This document shows positions 1 through 12,400 of a stretch of DNA of 64,000 nt, piece after piece. Both the position numbers and the translations under genes were made by a program. The DNA is taken from assembly GCA_002633005.1 (NCBI GenBank), contig NMRA01000153.1:454158-518157 (forward strand). Direction: 5' to 3'. Origin of the DNA: Phoronis australis. Lineage: Eukaryota > Animalia > Phoronida. The notes beneath the pieces were generated by a model, which ran no database searches, was not told where the DNA came from, and worked only from the letters and a program-made list of their open reading frames with translations. The first letter of the stretch is position 1. Each line of letters opens with the position of its first letter.

Positions 1-245
1 CTGCTTGGACAACATTATTCAAGCTTAGGCAATATTGTTCAAGTTTGGATAATATTCAAGTTTGGGCAATATTATTCAAGCTTAAGCAATATTATTCAAG
101 TTTGGATATTATTCAAGATTGGTCACTATTATTCACACTTGGGCCAACGTTATTCAAACTTAGGCAATATTGTTCAAGTTTGGACAATATTATTCAAGCT
201 TGGGAATATTATTCATGTTTGGGCAATATTATCCAAGCCTTTTGG
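1..245. repeat. Degenerate ~20-bp tandem repeat (TTATTCAAGCTTGGGCAATA-like), runs off the window start
   Basis: About 12 visible units with substitutions. Confidence 0.85.
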
Positions 246-446
246 ACCTGTAAAAGAATTACTTTAAATTAAAGAGTTACTGGCCATTCAGGACCAAAAT
301 GCTGCTGGTTCTCTGAATAACATGTAGAGCTCAGTGACCCTACAACTATGGTGATGACCTATTTACTATTACCTGTAAATGTTGTTACACCCATTGCACT
401 TCATGGATGTAACCGGACTCGTATGTCGACACTTGATAACTGATTG

Positions 447-490
447 TTTGTATCCTGATGATGTCTAATAAATAGACGAAACGTCAAATT
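447..490 (+). ncRNA. Minimal hammerhead ribozyme-like motif of the Penelope-like-element type, possibly degenerate
   Basis: CTGATGA (455-461), extra T, stem II GTCTA/TAGAC (463-467/473-477), GAAAC, palindromic ACGT, GTC triplet (483-485). Stem I pairing is poor. Confidence 0.55.
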
Positions 491-1660
491 AAAATGAACT
501 TTTTCATTTGTGCTGTGATTATTCGTTTTTTATCTTATTTTAGTGTGCTCGAGTGTACTGCACAAGCTATGTTGCCATGTGCAAACAGAGCGAGGGATAT
601 GTTCATTTTAATTGCTTGGTAAAAAACAAATTTTGACTGGTGACGGAACTCGATATTTATGCTGAATTATATTACCAGCCATAGGCATGCGCAACATTGT
701 TTTCCAAGCTTGGAGTTCAATGTTGCAGATGGTGACAGGCCCAATATGTTAGTTCAAGGTGTTTTGACAAGCCTGATTTACCTTACTCAACATCAGTCAG
801 CAGTCAAGCTTAGGACCGAGTGGTTAGTTGCAGAGAAAGGAAATTCAAGCTTGGAAAAAAGTGATTCATTATTAAGCTTGGTCAAATTTAGCTTCACTTC
901 AAGTATGTATGGCACGTCTCCACTTATTTAACACACTCGCTAAGCACCCAAAATTATTTGTAAAAATTAATGTTTTGTCCCTCACTTGTTTTGCACAAAG
1001 CTACTTCGTAGGAATTTGTCAGACCGAATTTGCACAGGTTCAGTTTGAGAAAAATATAAAAGCAAAGTTCTCTCATTAACTATAAGAATAAGGTCTGAAC
1101 ATTGCATACTCACTAATTAATTCATTCTCCCACCTATTCATATGAGAAATCTCATGCTGTTGTAAACATGAGTTGAAGGGAGTGACCTGCCTGAGTATCC
1201 TGTCATTAAGATTCAGATGCTCAAAAGACTGTTCCACTAATGATGGGGAAAGTGCTAGCAGTGTTACATTGTAACATGATAGAGTAACTCACTAACTAAT
1301 ACTCTAAATGGATTGTGATGGCAATCCCTGGGCATCATTAAATTCCTACAGGCGCAGTTGTCAATGCTAGCTTACTCAGTTGTCAATACTTGCTTACTCA
1401 GTTAATTTCAACCATGAAGCCTGTATCAGTTTATTTGTTATACCCTGACTATCAGAAAATGTATTTCATATATAAATTTTGTGCGAAATAAGAGGAGAAA
1501 TATGGTATTCAAATTGCACTGCATTAAAATTCCAAACACTGTTAGTGACAGATTACTTTGACAGCTCTGCTGATACTATGGGCAAAAACAGGAAGTGTTT
1601 AAGTGGAGCCCTATAAATCCACCTTCTGTTATGAACTATAAACCTGGTGTGTGTTCAGTA

Positions 1661-1804
1661 ACACTAGGACCTACACTATTTCCTATGCTAGGACCTACAC
1701 TATATCCTACGCTAGGACCTACACTAGGATCTATGCTAGGACCTACACTAGGACCTACAATAGAACCTAGGCTAGGACCTACACCAGGACTTACGCTAGG
1801 ACCT
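1661..1804. repeat. 12-bp tandem repeat (CTAGGACCTACA), about 12 units
   Basis: Visible periodicity; explains the LGPT and VGPS repeat ORFs. Confidence 0.9.
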
Positions 1805-2701
1805 CGCTGAAATCTAGCCAAAGTAATGTTCTCACGTAATCTCGCAGTCTTGCTTTTTAGTGAGGTCCTAGTGTTAATGAACGGGAGGCAGGGCTCGGTT
1901 TCATATTCGAATTAAGTGAAGATTCCTGGGCTTGGGAAGACCCAACTGTCTTGTTACTGCTTGAGGCTTGATAAGTTGGTTTGTCTAGGAGTGTTATGTA
2001 ACTAGTATGTGCCAAGTATGGTCGCAAGCACTACTTAACTGCCTGTCTTCTGTAGCCCATACCAACTGTATAGTGGACAGTAATCTAAATCAAGCTATAA
2101 TAAAAATGTAATAAAAGTATCAAATCAGAAGAAATTTTACTTGTAATAATGAGCGCTGATAAGAGTCATACGACAACAACACAGGTTATCTTTATCAGCA
2201 CTGAACAATTTGTCAATGTACCATATTTTATTCCACTGTTTTTGTGAAATGTAACGCTACTAGTATCCTATAGTATCAACAAAAAATCAATGATAGATGT
2301 TCGGTTTGATCCACTGCATGTCACAGGGAACCACGTCAAGCACAAAGACAGTTGGAAACTTTCATGACATTTTGTGACTCCTGTAAATTTTAGAGTTCAA
2401 TATGCGGAGACAACGAGCTTTTGGAAACGATCATGTGTCCCTTATCCAGACTCCTCAGGAGAATTGGAAAAATTGTCACCCCAAAGGCTAGTGCCCTTTG
2501 GATGATAAATCCTTCAACATTCACGGTCTAGATACAGAATATTATACTTAGCTTGGCCATGTAATAATATTATTCAATACGGTGTATAGGAAAGTGCAAT
2601 ATTACTCAGCACTAAATGTAGCTAAGACAGAAGTCAAGTGAATTCTTTGCTGTCAATTACCACTTGTATGCAGTTTAAGGGATAATGACTGACCAGCTTA
2701 C

Positions 2702-3352
2702 CTTCATATAACTGCATTATTCTAACTTGTTTAGTTGTACCATAAACATCCACAACAACATAAAGAGGTCCATCTTTATAAGGTATGTCTCTTGCACAGG
2801 GACCCTGGTCCTCGCCATTTATTATAAAATGCATCTCTGCCTTGTCATTGTTGATCACATACATAACGCCGATTTTACTACCTACATCTGTAGGCAAAAT
2901 ATTACCACTGGCGCCATCAATAGCTCTCTTATTGGGCAAGATAAGACTGCGAAGAAATGAGCCACAACTCGTGTGCACAAATTCTCCTTCGCCCAGTATG
3001 GACTCCCCATCAGTCCACTCCATATCCTCAGTATACACTTTATTGTGGGATTTAGTCACTGCAAATATCCATGCTTTCCCCATATTAGTCAAGTCTGGTA
3101 AGGCGTATTGCGGAAGTGAGAAGTTTGTGTTGGGGTCATGTTGTGTCACTCCTATTCTCAAGTGTCCACTCCATCCCCGCTCATTCTTTTCAATCTCTAC
3201 AAGAAACAACTCTCCTGGTTGCAGAGGTCTATCACTAAATCCTATGGCATGTGCGAAGCTTGTCTCTCTGTAGGCTACCTTGTTGTCCTCCAACATTCGT
3301 ATATTTTGCCCATGGTAGTGGTGGAAACGTGTCACCGGCATAGTTTGCAACA
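2702..3352 (-). CDS. NEURL2: Neuralized-like protein 2 (NHR domain), main coding exon; in-frame ATG at 3341
   Basis: Translation MPVTRFHHYHGQNIR...FSDRPLQPGELFLVEIEKNERGWSGHLRIG...GPLYVVVDVYGTTKQVRI is a typical NEURL2 NHR domain. Acceptor ttattttgcag before 3352; donor G|gtaagc after 2702. No SOCS-box exon found in 1-2700. Confidence 0.88.
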
Positions 3353-3999
3353 CTGCAAAATAACAAAGGGAACAGCAAACATAAAACCTCTTCTTCACAT
3401 CAAAATAAATTTATGTATTGAAAAAAAGATAAGAATCGTTGCAAAAAAAATTAACAAAACAACCACAGCAAAAATAGTATTTTTTGGTGGTCCCCAATTT
3501 TGAGAAAAGAACCAGATTCACCCACTGGATGCTTGGTTCTCAGAATCAAGGGCTAACATAATTGGAACTACAGTCCAACTTTTGTAACTCGGGTGTGTTA
3601 ATTTAACACTTACTTTGTCCATTGCCATTAAAAATTAAAGGAAACAGAAATTATAACATTCGGAACTGTGGAAAAGTGCAATTTCTATAACAAAACATTC
3701 AGATTCGGTTTAACCCACTTTTATCCAACGATATTACCAATAATTCAAGCAGCTTTATACCAAGGATGACAACCTATCAATCATATATTCAATTCATTTA
3801 CGTATTCTTCATTCAATCAGCAAGTCAACAAAACAAGATTGAAGTTTAACTTTGAGACAAGTAGTAGTCGCAAATCTTGATGTAAATAGAACTGACGAAC
3901 AAATGGTAGAAGTAAAAACCATAAAAAGTATCTTAAACAGTTTTCACAAGAACGCCATAAGACTGATAAAGTTTTAAAATCGTAAAAAAGGACTTTTAC

Positions 4000-4006
4000 C
4001 CGGCAT
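4000..4006 (-). CDS. NEURL2: Putative first coding micro-segment of NEURL2 (ATG CCG G|), end of a mostly untranslated exon 1
   Basis: Donor CGG|gtaaaa; splicing to 3352 gives in-frame MPVLQTMPVTRF. Confidence 0.4.
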
Positions 4007-4009
4007 CAC

Positions 4010-4339
4010 CAAACAAGATATTGTTTCAGATCATGTAGCACATCCGGTGTGAATAATGACTGATATTTAAATATATTCGAACTATTTTTACGAAATAACT
4101 ACACTTTCAGACAATCTGAGCTTGTAATTTCATGATATATCTACTTTTAGAATTATTTTAGGTCTGGTTTAAGCAATAATAGCTTGTATAGGGGCATGAG
4201 TGGATCTTCGTACATTTCTATTTTTTGAAGGAACACTTTGAGTGCGCTTCCTCTCGGCGCTCGGCGAGGCGAGGAAGAAACGGACAAGTCATGTTGTTGT
4301 CTTCATAACCCCAAGGTGTTACAGTCACTGCTCTACACA
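4010..4339. promoter_or_regulatory. Probable bidirectional promoter and 5' UTRs shared by NEURL2 and SEH1
   Basis: Divergent starts about 330 bp apart (about 1 kb if the 3341 ATG is used); CpG-rich patch at 4240-4285; ETS-like CCGGAT near 4042. Confidence 0.55.
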
Positions 4340-4450
4340 ATGTTTGTTACTAAGAGCATACCTGCAGACCACAAAGATCTCATACATGATGTCACCTACG
4401 ATTTCCATGGAAGGCGCATGGCAACATGTTCAAGTGATCAGAGTGTTAAG
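4340..4450 (+). CDS. SEH1L: Nucleoporin SEH1 (WD40), exon 1
   Basis: [37 protein letters not shown]; donor AAG|gtatca. Confidence 0.95.
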
Positions 4451-6810
4451 GTATCAACTCAGCCACTTTTAGTTTAGTTTCAGTCTTTTTCAGTTACGTT
4501 TCAGACTTTTGCTTTTCTGTGCCTTCGTTCTGCTTCGCTCGCCATTGCCTTGGCTTCTGTTTGGCTTCATCTTCAGTCTTAAACAGTTCCTCCCTATGTT
4601 GTTCAAGTGCCTGAGGGTTACAGTCCACTACTCTGAAGTCGGAAAAAACCCAGTACTCACAAGGCCCATTAAGGCACTAGTCTGAAAAATACCCACGGGT
4701 GCTCCAAATTAGACAGTGTCCACCTTTTCTAGCTGGCTTAGTAATATGCAACACGTAGCCCCTTGGTTGGATACAATACTTCCCATCGATTTCTTACGAA
4801 TTTCGTCCCTTGTATTTTAAACGGGTGGTAGGCCAAATCCGGTCACCGATTAAGAGTTTTCACCTCGTCAAAAAACATTCCACACTTAAAACTATCATTT
4901 TAAAAAGCGCTTTCTTTCTTCAGTGGTCCTTTCTACTTCTGCACATATCTTTGATGAAGCTTAATGAGAATTAAGTTGACTTTGGCGAAGAATTCCACCG
5001 CATTAACCACAAAGTATTTCAACTGAGTCACGTGAGTTAGGCAAAGGCTAGTGCAAGAGTGAGCAAAGCGCGTGACACTTGCAAAGTAGCATGGGAAGGT
5101 AGCAGGTGAAATTTGTAAGATTTGTGTCGCGTGGACTTTTTATTCGTCAACACTCATGATTTCACGTAACTTCCTCAAAATGGCACCTGGTGAGAGAAAC
5201 TCTAGCAAACCGTGACAGATTTTCAACGATTAGTTCAAATTATCTTGACTGAATTGTCTCCAGACTTATGGTATGTGTTAATATATGCACGTTTCATTTG
5301 ATTTTATTTCCTGTATTTTGAAATTCGTAACTTTTTGTGTGGTTGTAATATAACCTCTGTATGCATCCAGGATGATGTAATTGTCTAGCTCTGTAGCTTT
5401 TCGGTGAATTATGCCTCAAACGGACTAAAACATCAAAGTCACGTTGTTATAAATACCTTTTGCGCACAGAGGGATACCTTAGGAGGTCGCCGGTGTCTTT
5501 AATTCCTTCCAACTCAAACAAATACTCCCGTTATCAAACTTTTTCTTCAAGCAGTCCTTCGTTCACTTCCCAAAATCGGAAACTGGCCATTTTTAACACT
5601 GTGGGCGGGAGGTGGTATGACCTCATATCCCCTGGCCTTAAATTTTATGTTATGAAATTATTATACTCGTTCTAAAACCTCAAAAAGAGCATAAATCCAT
5701 TGTAGGAACCCTTTAAATGTTGGGAAACATGTTCCATTTTAGTAACGTACAACAAGACACTCTACTCTGAAATCTTTTTGCGGAGTCCTTAAAGAGGCAT
5801 GGAATTCGAAAGCCCATCAAAAATATCTTTTAAACAATTCCTGACAGAAGTACCATTTCGTAATGTCTAGTACAGAGTATTTCACTTTCCCCTGAGAGGA
5901 AATTTTCAGAAAAAATCACAAAATACATGATTTTTGAAATATGAACGATTGAAAAACTCTGTGGTTACCACAGAGTTTCTAATCTCCCTCCCACTTATGG
6001 TTAATGTGCGGATGCACTCACAGTCAGTTGCTTGAAGTCGCTTGAGGTCACAGATCACGCAGTCACTGAATAACGAGCCCATAGCTCAGTGGATGAAAGA
6101 ATTTCTCCTAATCAGGGACCACTGTAGACAGTGATGACCCCTTTACAACCAGCATGTATATCTGCAAGACATGACTCCTTTGCAGCCAACACGTCTATCT
6201 AGCTACAATGCTGTCATTTTTGCCTCTGAAAACTGCACGTTTTCATCAGTGATGTCAACGTGGTACAGTAGAGCCCGCTTAATGTCATGACCTCGGTTCC
6301 AACATAAATATTGATTGATAATAAATGGGATATTCCATTAAGTGAGTTGGCTGTGATTGTAATGACCCTTATAAGCTAATTGTGCTAAGTCGAGAGACTT
6401 AGAGTATTACAATTAAACAGGAAACAACTGATGTTTACCCCCGATGCTAAGCTCCGATAAAAGGCAAATGAATTTAAGATGAATTAGGTCAGTTTTTAGA
6501 CTGAACAGTGAAAGTACACAATGTTACTAAGCATCAATCTGGCAATATGACAATAAATCACATCGTGATTGGTTTTTTGAATTTCGTGACAATAACCAGA
6601 ATATTCTATATCAAGTGGGCTCCACTGCATGAAACAAACTATCATTGTACTTTGTCAATGAGGGCTGGTCACCCTCTACATTTGTTGTCACTCTAGCCTA
6701 CAGCATTCTGGTTTGCCACTGAGTGACCGAGATACCATTCATGAAAAAGTTGGGAACACAGTGTTTATTGGCTGCACTGTCATAACTAATGAATGTTTTT
6801 GTGTATCCAG

Positions 6811-6861
6811 GTGTGGGACCTTGGAGAAGATGGTGAATGGCACTGTACTGCCAACTGGAAG
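6811..6861 (+). CDS. SEH1L: SEH1 exon 2
   Basis: VWDLGEDGEWHCTANWK; ccag| and |gtaaat; phase 0/0. Confidence 0.93.
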
Positions 6862-7526
6862 GTAAATGTCAATAGTTTTATGATAGAGAAACCAGTCACT
6901 AGTTGTTGAAATATGCCGTGATCATTTTCACTTTGTTGTTAATGCTATTGGCAAATTGTTAAATAGTGATAGTTTTGCAACTGCTGTTCTTTTATACATA
7001 AGGTGTGAAGTGTTACTCTCAAAATATAAAATACTACAAAGATTAGAAGTTAGTTCAAGCACCAAAAAGTTGTATTCTTAGTGTTGTTGGTACGACTGTA
7101 TTTGGTCGGATCCCTTCCGGCGCCATCTTTAGTGATTGATGAACGAATGTGTTATAATTCCTATTGACTCTCTTCTAATTAGGATTACAGAAAATGTTGA
7201 GTGTAAACGATGAAGTGATGATGAGACTTTAAAATGGGTGACCATAGGTGAATGTCATGATGCAGTGTATTGTGGGTACATATAAAAAAAACAATTGCTA
7301 TGCAATAGTTTCATTAAAACAGTATGTAGACAGTAGCACCATTTTTGTTTCAAATGGAAAACTATCCAACAAAAGTAGTAAAGATTGTCATCAGTACAAA
7401 CTCATTGTTCAGTTGTTTCAACATATTACTCTGAGTTTAAAATTCCTTTGAAAAATTTGAAGAAATGGTGACAGTTGGTTTTTAACACCATCAATCTTAA
7501 TTGTTGTCCTGTGCTTCATGTTTTAG

Positions 7527-7632
7527 ACACACAGCGGGTCAGTGTGGAGAGTGACGTGGGCCCACCCTGAGTTTGGACAGGTCATTGCTACCTGTTCATT
7601 TGACAGAACTGCTGCTGTCTGGGAAGAGCTAG
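7527..7632 (+). CDS. SEH1L: SEH1 exon 3
   Basis: [35 protein letters not shown]; phase 0/1. Confidence 0.95.
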
Positions 7633-7972
7633 GTACTGTATTACGTTGAGCTCAGGTTGTGTTTCCTGGAGAGAACAAATATTCTAGTTTTAGAATTTCA
7701 CATTGTAGTGTTCTCCATCACCTGTTTTCACTCATCGCGGTAACAAGTTTGGACGAGCGTCAGACTGTTTCTCACTTGTGTCAAGCTGGAAAAACGAGTT
7801 AATGTGCAACAGGTTTGAACTTGTAGGAGACAACTTAATGTGCAACAGGTTTGAACTTGTAGGAGACAACTTCTACTTCCAGTCGTTTATTCAACGAAAC
7901 TGGACACTTATGACACAGTTCAGAGTACCACCATTCACAATGTTTGTTTAGTCACATTGTTTCTGCTTATAG

Positions 7973-8091
7973 TTGGTAATTCATCATCACAGCGTGGACA
8001 GAGCCACTGGGTAAAACGCAGCAGCCTGGTCGATAGCAGGACTTCAGTCACTGACGTCAAGTTTGCTCCCAAATACCTCGGTCTTCAACTG
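7973..8091 (+). CDS. SEH1L: SEH1 exon 4
   Basis: (V)[39 protein letters not shown]; donor |gtaagc; phase 1/0. Confidence 0.92.
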
Positions 8092-8812
8092 GTAAGCGCT
8101 ATGTTAAGCTACTGACAGTGATGTAGTGCATGCCTTGGTTCAAACTATTTGCAACAAACTAAGTTTATGCCAAAATTAACTTGGCTAAAATGACTAGTGT
8201 GATATTGGTGGAAGATATTCCAATATTGTGAGTTCATAGGTGTGATTGTCAAAAGTGTTGCCTTGTTCTTTGTATTAATTAGTGAATGGATTCCCTGTAA
8301 CATGCTGACATTCTGTGACAAAGCTTGCTTGCCTGAAATTCTGTGGCATTTTTTGACATTTTGAAAATTCTGTGACAAGATGTGATTATTTATTTAGCCA
8401 AGTAGGCTGTTAGTAGTTTGTTGGGTTTATAATTATTTTATACTTTTTTGAAGTGGTGGTTCCTTTATTGTAAAATTATGAAATTTATTGTTTTCACTGA
8501 CAAGTGTCTAGCATATATGACAAAAATAATGTTGGTGTGCAAAAGGCACCCACAAAACTGTAACAATTGAGACTTACCTGTCACATATCACTCAATTTAT
8601 GAATTTCCATTGTTCCAAAAGTGGAACTGTTTTAGTCAGCCATTGGGAGGTTGTAGTACTGTAAGCGTAATGCCTGATCAATCATTAACCTTCATAGTAT
8701 TTATGGAGAGATCTTTTTGGGACGAGTCAGTGACATCACAGATATAGCACCTATTGTCTTACCCTGCCATCCATTGTCCTTGACCTTGTTAAAAGTTGAC
8801 ACTTCCTTGCAG

Positions 8813-8943
8813 GCCACATGTTCAGCTGATGGTGTGGTGCGTATATATGAGGCTCCAGATGTCATGAATCTGAGCCAGTGGTCACTGCAGCATGAAATTC
8901 ATTGTAAAATGAGTTGTAGCAGCTTGTCTTGGAGTCCCTCAAG
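8813..8943 (+). CDS. SEH1L: SEH1 exon 5
   Basis: [43 protein letters not shown](R); phase 0/2. Confidence 0.94.
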
Positions 8944-9519
8944 GTTTGTAGTCTCGCCATCTTTCTTCCACTTCAACACTATGGTAGTCATACACTTTGT
9001 CAGCAAGTGCCCTGAATTTCACTTGATGAGTTGCGATTGATATAAAACTCAATTTTGTTAGTGTTCCAATTTAAGCTGTTTTGTAGACAGTATAAAAAAT
9101 CTAACCTGCAGGGTTCAACCTGTGTGTATCCTATTTGGCTCATTTCAACCTGTGACTCCAAACTTAGGGAGATTTTTAAAGAGCACATCCAAGTTTTGAA
9201 TAATAGGTAGCTGATTGATATAAAAAAATTAAAATTTAGTTGATGGAATTATATTAATAATAGCTTTGGCATTATTCCAATTAATTGTTGATTGCCGTGT
9301 GAATGGTTTTTAAATCAGATTCTGTGCAGATAAATCCCTGCTTGTTTCGCATTAATAGTTTGTGATGCCCCTGCATTACACGATCACAGAGTGGGACTGT
9401 CTGTCAGTGTCCAGCCTCTGGTACATATTGTGTATTGCCTAATTGCTGAGTGTGCCTTCCCATTAATAGCCCCATGACTGTGTCTTGCCTCTGATGCCCC
9501 ATCTGTTGGCTGGTTGCAG

Positions 9520-9612
9520 AGCACACCCTCCTCTCATTGCTGTTGGCAGCGACGACTCCAGTTCGGCCAGTGGTGGCAAAGTACAATTGTATGAGTACAA
9601 CGACCCGCAAAG
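9520..9612 (+). CDS. SEH1L: SEH1 exon 6
   Basis: [30 protein letters not shown](R); donor |gtgagc; phase 2/2. Confidence 0.92.
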
Positions 9613-10202
9613 GTGAGCCCTCTCGAGTTTGCTTTGATGGAGACTGAAGACGAATGATTCTCCTTAAGACCTAATGGGAAACCTGTCGAGTTTATAATCC
9701 AGTAACCGTCGCAAACTTTTGTTGTTAGTGAAACCATAGAATTTCAAGAAGCTCATTGTATCTGTTAAAGGTCTAACAAAGGAAATGACATCACTAATGT
9801 TTGTGTAGTTTAAAGGCATCACTAGTGTTTGTGTAGTTTAAAGACATCAGTAATGTTTGTGTAGTTCAAATTCTTTTATACTGACGTCATTTCTATAACT
9901 GCTTCAGTTGTTCAGGAAAAATGATGAAACTTTTTACAAACTCTTTTGAATTGAGAGCATAAATTACGTTGGAGCAATTGTGTTTTCACACTGATACATG
10001 TTTTTTTGTCTTAGAAAGTTTATATTACCATCACAGTCTTTGTTGATGTTTACTCATTCAAACAGAACAGTTGACGACATTTACGTAACAAATATAATGT
10101 GTTTCATTAAACAGCTGGTTATAGAACTAGTCAGTTGTAACTACTTACTAGCAAAATTCAGAAGAATTTAATAACCACGTTTTTTGAATTTAACTATTTC
10201 AG

Positions 10203-10437
10203 GAGGTGGAACAAGGTTGAGACCATCATGACTGTAACAGACGCAGTGCAAGATGTGGTGTTTGCCCCATGCCTGGGTCGTTCCTACCACATTCTGGCCA
10301 TAGCCTCAAAGGATGTGAGAATTATCACACTGAAGCCCTTAAGAGGCGAGCAGGGTGGATTAAGTCAAGCTAGCCAAAGTGGGATCACCAAGTTTGAGAT
10401 ACGACAAGCGGCGCATTTTGATGACCACAACTCACAG
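10203..10437 (+). CDS. SEH1L: SEH1 exon 7
   Basis: [40 protein letters not shown]...[10 protein letters not shown]; phase 2/0. Confidence 0.94.
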
Positions 10438-11330
10438 GTAGGATGATGACTCAGTGTTTTTGTGCTTCTCAGGTGTAGTGATGATTCTCAAGTGTGATGA
10501 GGAATCACATGTATGGTGATGATTCTCAGTCGTGGTGAGGAGTCACAGGTATAGTGATGATTATCAGGTGTGGTGATTATTCTCAGGTATGGTCATTAGT
10601 CATAGGTGTGGTGATGATTCTCAAGTGTGATGAGGAATCACATGTATGGTGATGATTCTCAGTCGTGGTGAGGAGTCACAGGTATTGTGATGATTATCAG
10701 GTGGGAGGAGTTACAGGAAAGGTGATGATTCTCAGTCGTGGTGAGGAGTCGCACGTATTGTGATGATTATCAGGTGGGAGGAGTTACAGGAAAGGTGATT
10801 ATTCTCAGGTGTGGTGAGGAGTCACAGGTATAGTGATGCTTCTCAGGTGTGTTAAGGAGTCACAGGTATAGTGATGATTCTCAGGTGTGGTGATTATTCC
10901 CAGGTATGGTCATTAGTCATAGGTGTGGTGGTGATTCTCAGGTGTGGTGAGGAGTCACAGGTATAGTGATGCTTCTCAGGTGTGTTAAGGAGTCACAGGT
11001 GTAGTGATGATTCTCAGGTGTGATGAGGAGTCGCAAAATGAGGTGAGGACTCACAGATGTGGTGACAATTCTCAGGTACAATGACAACTTTTAGGTAGGA
11101 TGACAGTTCTCAAGTATGAAGATTATTTTTTGGTATGATTGTGGTTACTATGACATGGTGATTTGTAGTAATGGTGACATTTAGCAGGATGTTTACCAGC
11201 ATGACCGTTTCATTGGTATGTTGATAATTCACAAGTACATCTCAATTATGATAAGGATTCACATGAGGTATGACGACATTTGTAGTGATGATTCTCTGGC
11301 GGAATGATGATTTGAAACATTGATCATGGT
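10430..11330 (+). repeat. Degenerate ~19/38-bp tandem repeat starting at the SEH1 exon 7 donor
   Basis: Alternating TTCTCAGGTGTGGTGAGGA and GTCACAGGTATAGTGATGA units; clear to about 11100, then decaying. Confidence 0.88.
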
Positions 11331-11701
11331 TTCCCGGTAAAGGTGTGTGGGTGACATTACATTTTGCCCTTGACTACGTGGTAAAAAAATGAACCGAACA
11401 TTTCTCAGCTGACTACCTTCACTCACATTTTAACAAAATTCTCAACCACCTTTTAGGTGTTTGTTTGAATGTTCAGTGATTTGATCAAGTTGTCAACTAC
11501 ATGGAGTTTGTAACCTCTAGAACTTTTGCCAGAAAGTTTGTGATTTTGATTGTTTCCAATTAACGGTAACCAGTGTCTGAAGGACATTTTGGCAATTTTT
11601 TGTTCGCCTATATGGTAATTCAGAACACTGTAGACTAACTTTAAGAATAACTTGGTCCCTGTTGTTGTCTGTTATTTTTGACATGTTTCATCGTTGAACA
11701 G

Positions 11702-11780
11702 GTGTGGCGACTCAGTTGGAATGTAACGGGAACAGTACTGGCCTCTTCTGGCGATGATGGATGTGTGCGGTTATGGAAAG
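11702..11780 (+). CDS. SEH1L: SEH1 exon 8
   Basis: [26 protein letters not shown]; phase 0/1. Confidence 0.95.
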
Positions 11781-11911
11781 GTAAACATTGTCAGACACAA
11801 ATTGAAGTTGTCTGCACCTCATCATCGTGAAATGGTGGCATAAAACTGTTGATACTTGCAATAAAATCTCACTAGTTTAAGACACATTCACAATACGGCA
11901 GACAAGTAAAA

Positions 11912-12027
11912 TTTTAAAGCCTTTGAGCCTGAGAAATCCGATGTCAAAAATCAAGACTACCGTTTTTTTTTTCAAAACTGTATCTTGATTTTTGACAGCG
12001 GATTTCTCGGCCTCAAAGGCTTAAAAA
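11912..12027. repeat. Near-perfect inverted repeat (~50-bp arms), probably the interior of a MITE
   Basis: AAGCCTTTGAGCCTGAGAAATCCGATGTCAAAAATCAAGA pairs with TCTTGATTTTTGACAGCGGATTTCTCGGCCTCAAAGGCTT. Confidence 0.8.
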
Positions 12028-12400
12028 TCAAATCCTAGACACCATTTTGTAGCNATATTCAGTGGTTCTAAAAATATACAGTTATATGGGTTTACTTACT
12101 ATTAACAGTTCAAAAGTTATTTTAAAAAAGTCAAATCTTTGGTAATGAAGGTAGACAGTGACCTTAATGTATTTATTGGTTCAAGAAATGCATGTACGGA
12201 AAAGTTACACAGACATGTAAAAATGGGCTCATTGCCATTGGTGGTCTTTAGTATGCATGTGGTACAGTGTACACAATACAGGATTTTTTCATAAAGATAG
12301 ACAATGTCTCTGTATCAAGCCCATTTTTTTAAACATCCTGTGGTCTGTTTCTTGTGTAAATTTAACTCAGCACTAATTTTTGCATTATACCGTGTTCTAG

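Noticed and set aside
1595-1821. LGPT and VGPS repeat ORFs
   Set aside because: Translation of a 12-bp tandem repeat.
1-2700. Search for the NEURL2 SOCS-box exon
   Set aside because: No phase-1 exon with an SLQxxCR...LPLP motif found; it probably lies left of the window.
2727-3503. Plus-strand ORFs of 77-162 aa
   Set aside because: Antisense shadows of the NEURL2 exon.
6075-6110. GCCCATAGCTCAGTGG, tRNA-like 5' end
   Set aside because: No B-box or cloverleaf follows; not a tRNA gene.
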